A DNA stretch of 64,000 nt from Podarcis melisellensis. Its lineage: Eukaryota. The position numbers and the translations under genes were made by a program. Below, piece by piece: positions 59,371 through 64,000 of this stretch (position 1 is the first letter of the stretch; every line of letters begins with the position of its first letter). Location: assembly GCA_964234715.1 (NCBI GenBank), contig OZ174276.1, one strand, 5' to 3'. Under the pieces are notes generated by a model that saw nothing but the letters and a program-made list of their open reading frames with translations, was not told where the DNA came from and searched no databases.

Positions 59371-61996
59371 CGTAAGGTAATGAAGGAAACCTATTTCTAT
59401 ATAACTGAGGGATGCATAGTGGTGTTAAAGGGCAACAGACTGGAAAATGTAAGAGGAAAGTACTCATTCACAAACTTAACAGGGTAACCTGTGGAACTCA
59501 TGGCCCTAAAATGTTACAAGGGTGAATAGGATAATTGGGTTCAGAAAAAGCCTTTACACAAATTAATTGAGGGTTAGGGCATTTTGACTGGGAGTACAAT
59601 TTCATTTTTCCAGATGTCTTTAAACTGTGGATATTTTGAAGTTCATAATGAATAGCATATCACTCCAAAATGGCTCTTGCTTGAACAATTTCATCTAAAC
59701 TGCTAGGGATCAGCTATCAGAGACTGGGATGAATGGTTGAAATTTTCTGATTCTAGTACATCCATTATTATGCCCTTGTGGACTGCATACAGCAACTGAA
59801 GTTATTTGAGGGAAACCAAAATAATAATAATAAAAAATCTGGTTTGAATAATTATTGAAATACTGTACAGTGTTTAAGTAAGAGCGAAAAATGCTCAAAG
59901 TCATGACCATTAGTAATCTAGCCTTAAGTGCTCAGGATAAACATTAGTCAAGATGGTCATGAACTTCTCTTACCATCCCAGTAGCAAAGGTAGAAGAGAG
60001 GGTGCAAGAAAGCAGGCAACAGCCTGGTCTATCTAAGCTTGCTTTTAACGAGTTTACATTTTAAAATCTTGTGTATTCTATTGGCTCAACAGCTTGCAGC
60101 TTTCAAACTAGTGTTGCCCTTAAAAATAAAGAAATAGATTTGTTTATACCTTGTCCATTTTTTTCAGTCAACTAATGCCCTCCCACCCCAACCTCCCAGG
60201 ATTGGGTTAGGTAAATAATGGGCTTTATAATGTGATATATTGATGTCTTCCCACCCCACTCTCAATATTTTCATTGTGCATTCTCAAATGTCAATTTAGA
60301 TGAATAATGGTATTAAAAAAGGACTGACTAGGCAGGTGTTTTTCAGACTAGAGGTAGATGGTGAAAAACCCTTACTAGGATTCAGAATATCTTTTAAAAA
60401 ATGCTACTGTTGCTTTCTAAATACTTCCCTTCACATGGCAGGCACCACTTGTGTTTCTGGCATTAGAAATGAACATTACTTCAGAAGATGCTACTGGTAT
60501 AATAAGCCAATTCAATGCATTCGCCCTGATATGGAAAGGGAAGTAAGTGCTGACTTGTTGGGAATTAGCATACTCCTGCCTCAATAAATGGCTACTTCGC
60601 TGATGCCACAAGGACTCATTGCAAAAAGCTGGTGGAGCTATATTTAAGGCGAGTTCAGCCCGGTTAATTCCCGAAGTATTGCTTTTAATGCCACTGGAAG
60701 CTTAGCTGAAATCCTGGCATTCTGGTTCAATTAAACTCAGACCAGTAGCTGCTGTGTTGGATATACCCAAAATTGATCAGCAATTCATTTACTTTATTGC
60801 CAATTTACCTAGAGGGATTTTGCATGTTAATGAAATCCCAGCTCCCTTTGATAGAGGGAGTGGAAGCAAAAAAACAACAACAAAAAACGACAGAAGACTT
60901 GCACAAGTTTGGGAGCCAGGAAAACACATGCGTACACACATGTATACACCTAACTTCTGCACTATTTTGAGAGCCACTTCTGATCCAGCTTAACGCTGCT
61001 CACGTCTTAAAAATGTAACTGGGGAATAGACTGGAAAGTTCATCTCCATAACACCTGGAAAATTCTGGACTTCCTGTACATTATCAGCAGAATGTTGTGT
61101 TCAAACCTGCTTAGACTGTTCAAAAGTTACCAATATGCACTACATTTTCCCCACTCCAGCCCACTTCTCCTTGCTTGAAAACAGCCTTGAGATTCACTAC
61201 GGAAATCATCAAACCAATTCATAGTAAGTTGGTAATCTATAAGTAACATTGAAATTAATGAGACATCAGTGTGACTTTTGGATCAGGCTCAACAAAGGTG
61301 TAACCATTTGAACACGCTAAGGTCCAATGTAAATGTATTCTTAACGTGCCATGAAAGTATTTCTTATCATCGTTCACTATTTGGGAACATTGCCTACTAA
61401 TAATGTCTGACACAGTACTGATAATCATAAATCACAACAATCATAAATCAACAAGACAGCCTCTACATACTTCAAAGGTGTATTTTGTTAACAGGTACCA
61501 ACATTATTAATAGTGAGTTGCTTATATTTTTTGTGGAATTACCTTTGCGTGGGTTGTGGGTTGCTACTCTTAAAAAATCCTGTTGCTAAGAAGTATAGCC
61601 AAAATGGTGCCCTCCCTATGTTGTTGTGACTTCTAACTCGCATCAGCCTCAGCGAGCATGACCAATGGTCAGGGATGATGGGAGCCAAAGTCTGGAAGGC
61701 AACATGTTGTCTATTCCTGCTCTCCAAAAAGGAAAACTAGGAAAATAACCTGTGAATCTTGCGTCAAAAAACATATCACAGCAAGAAACTTGAAGTGATA
61801 ATATGCAAACTGAGTGTTCACCCACAAAGGCAAGCAAACAGAATGGAGGAAACAGTGGCAGCATGATGCAGACTCCTCAGATCTTGCTGGGATTAGCATG
61901 TTTATCTAAAGAAACTCCTTGCCTCACCACCATGCACATATAAAACCCCTATGCAAGCATATCCTAAGAACCTTTAGGTGCCTCATTCATACTTAC

Positions 61997-62156
61997 AAAC
62001 TGAAGTTTTCTGGAAGGAAGCAGCGGTTCCTGAGCAGCCCTGCCCAAAGCTGGACTCCAACAATACCAAAGATGAAGAAGACAAAAAAGCAGAGGAGGAG
62101 AACGTTCCCCAACATGGGAAGCGTGTCCAAAAGCAGCGTGACCAGGATGCGCATAC
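61997..62156 (-). CDS. CACNA1G: Cav3.1 T-type Ca channel, exon 5 equivalent (160 nt): I S4-S5 linker and IS5
   Basis: Minus strand ctcag|GT ATG CGC ATC...TTC AGT TT|gtaagt; translates (S)[52 protein letters not shown], the Cav3 IS5 segment; phase 1 in, phase 2 out. Confidence 0.97.
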
Positions 62157-64000
62157 CTGAGGGAGCAAAGGGAAAGCAGCCACTAAATGGGAGAAGTCCT
62201 ACTAAGTTGGGTTCTTCTTGCTTCGAAAGCTAGGCAGAAGGGTCAAACTTGCCATCTGTGAGCTCGGTTCCAACCTTGTTTTTTTTCTATTACTGCACCA
62301 TATTAATTCCTGGCGGTGGTTATAGTCCGTCTTACTGTCCACCACACATTGCAGAGAAAATGACATTTCCCCTCAGGAATCTAAATTATTCAACAGCTAA
62401 TCTAAACTCATGGAAAACTATTGTCATGGCCCACGTAACACGGTGACTGTGAAACTATAGATGGTACGGTGGTGGTTTCAGCACCAGACCACGGTACCCA
62501 ATGGTGCCGCCTGGAACGTGAAAGATGGGGGTGATGCCAACCTAGAATATGTACAATGCCACCAAACTTCTGGGCCTCTTAGAAAGTAAAAGATTGCAAT
62601 TCAGTTGAGGCCCATGCGAAAGTCAGCAAGAAAGTCACTCTATGCACGGTGACTGTTTGAATGCCCTATGCCATATGTTTCAATCTACAGATGCACTGTA
62701 TGGCGGGAGAGCAATGCTAACACAGAAGGTCTCCACATGATGAGGGAAAGTCATGTAAAAATCGGCTTTCAGCCATTACAGTCACCGCACAGAACACAGC
62801 CATGTGGAAGCGATTTTCATGCTGAGACTCACTAGCAGCCAGTATATGGTGGGACTCAGTTGCAAAGCCATCAGTGCATCTGCCCCATCTCAAACTCATG
62901 GCTGTCCTGCCCTACCGGTGTTGGGAAGGCACCTCTTCAGCTCTGCCCTTCCACACCACCTACTGCTGTTGGGAATGAAGCATGTAAAGCAGACCTGGGG
63001 CCAGCCCTACCATTAGACAGGGTGAGAAAACATCTCTAGGGTGGCAGCTTTACTATTACAGGGCAGCACAATGTCAAACTATTTAGGTTTTCACCACAAT
63101 GGAGTAACACACCCTGCCTCTGTGTTGCCACACATATGCATGTCTATTCTAGGGGTCGCCCCCCCCAACTTCCCTTCCTGAACTTCTTGCACCTCTCATG
63201 TTTCAGCTGAACTGCAGTGGCCACCTTTCTTCTAGCAATTATCCTGTTCCTTCAGCATCAACCAGCAAAGTGTTTAACCAGTTAAAGTTTCTCTTTGCTT
63301 GGAAAATTCACCTGTGAATTTCTGTCTGCCATGGAAAAATCACAGGAAGGAAGGTAGCAACCCTAGATTCTCATACGTCCTGGCCATTCTACACTCCTTT
63401 TGCAAGCTCAGAACCACCCTATTCCTTTCTATCTCAATACAATATAAATTAAAATCTCCTTCCTCATCCTAATTCATTCCCTGCAAACATGCAGAACTTT
63501 ACAAGGCAGTTAATTCGTACAACGTTAGGAACATTCGGTTCTGTAACAGAAAGACAAATTGATGGCGACTTAACTTGACATTTGCAAAAAAAAAAAAAAA
63601 AATGATTTCACCCGACATCTCTGTAATATTCTGTTCATCCTCCATCTCTTTTTGTTCTCTCTCTCTTCTTACTTGTCTCTTTCATCCACAACGCGGTTCA
63701 TATTGATCTTATTTAAAGAAACCTTTAAAGCCATTTCTTTTACCTTTATACCTCAGCAAGAATTTTTCATTGTTATGTCATCAGATCGCCTCTTTTTTTT
63801 ACTTCCTTCCTCCCATAACAAAATAATAGCCTGCCTTCCATATACTACATATACCCCATCACCACCAGCACCTCCAGCCTATTGTTAAATGTCTTGTATT
63901 TGGTCCCTGCGTTTATTATTGATTCATACTTGTTCCTTGCCTTGCTTCCTTATGCTTCTGTGTGGTCCTAGCTTTGCTGCACAGGAGCGAAGATGAATTA

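Noticed and set aside
4944-62156. Assignment to CACNA1H or CACNA1I; presence of U12-type introns
   Set aside because: The exon-14 cassette, [27 protein letters not shown] and [17 protein letters not shown] point to CACNA1G. All donors read are U2-type GT with no RTATCCTT.
62477-62510. REST/RE1 left half-site TTCAGCACC
   Set aside because: There is no GGACAG right half-site at canonical or nearby spacing.
1-64000. Prokaryote-style systems (CRISPR arrays, operons, defence islands) or a nested gene
   Set aside because: The sequence is eukaryotic and intron-rich. I saw no regularly spaced repeat-spacer array and no second spliceable coding series on either strand.

Overview
Vertebrate genomic DNA, almost certainly from a squamate reptile (Sauria SINE, Bov-B, CR1, L2 and many hAT MITEs; a lacertid lizard is my inference). 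The whole window lies inside one gene on the minus strand: CACNA1G (T-type calcium channel Cav3.1). I read 13 coding exons by hand, equivalent to mammalian exons 5-17 (numbering is from my recollection of the human gene). All have GT-AG boundaries, and their phases chain into one open frame of 3107 nt. They run from domain I S5/pore/S6 through the I-II loop (gating brake, poly-His) and all of domain II to most of the II-III loop. Exons 7, 13, 14 and 15 are not recovered in their coding frame by the ORF track, and exon 5 appears only in other frames. One of these is the 69-nt cassette exon 14. Exons 1-4 and 18 onward are outside the window. The rest is intronic, including a 32.7-kb intron with two N-gaps, transposon remnants and microsatellites. 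Nearly all other ORFs in the track are noise or antisense shadows. I see no convincing new gene system. The best leads are splicing-level: a NOVA/RBFOX-type motif cluster beside exon 14, a tandem +4 donor at exon 16, and an AG|GTGAG recursive-type start of exon 17. There is also a young hAT MITE carrying TTAGGG repeats.
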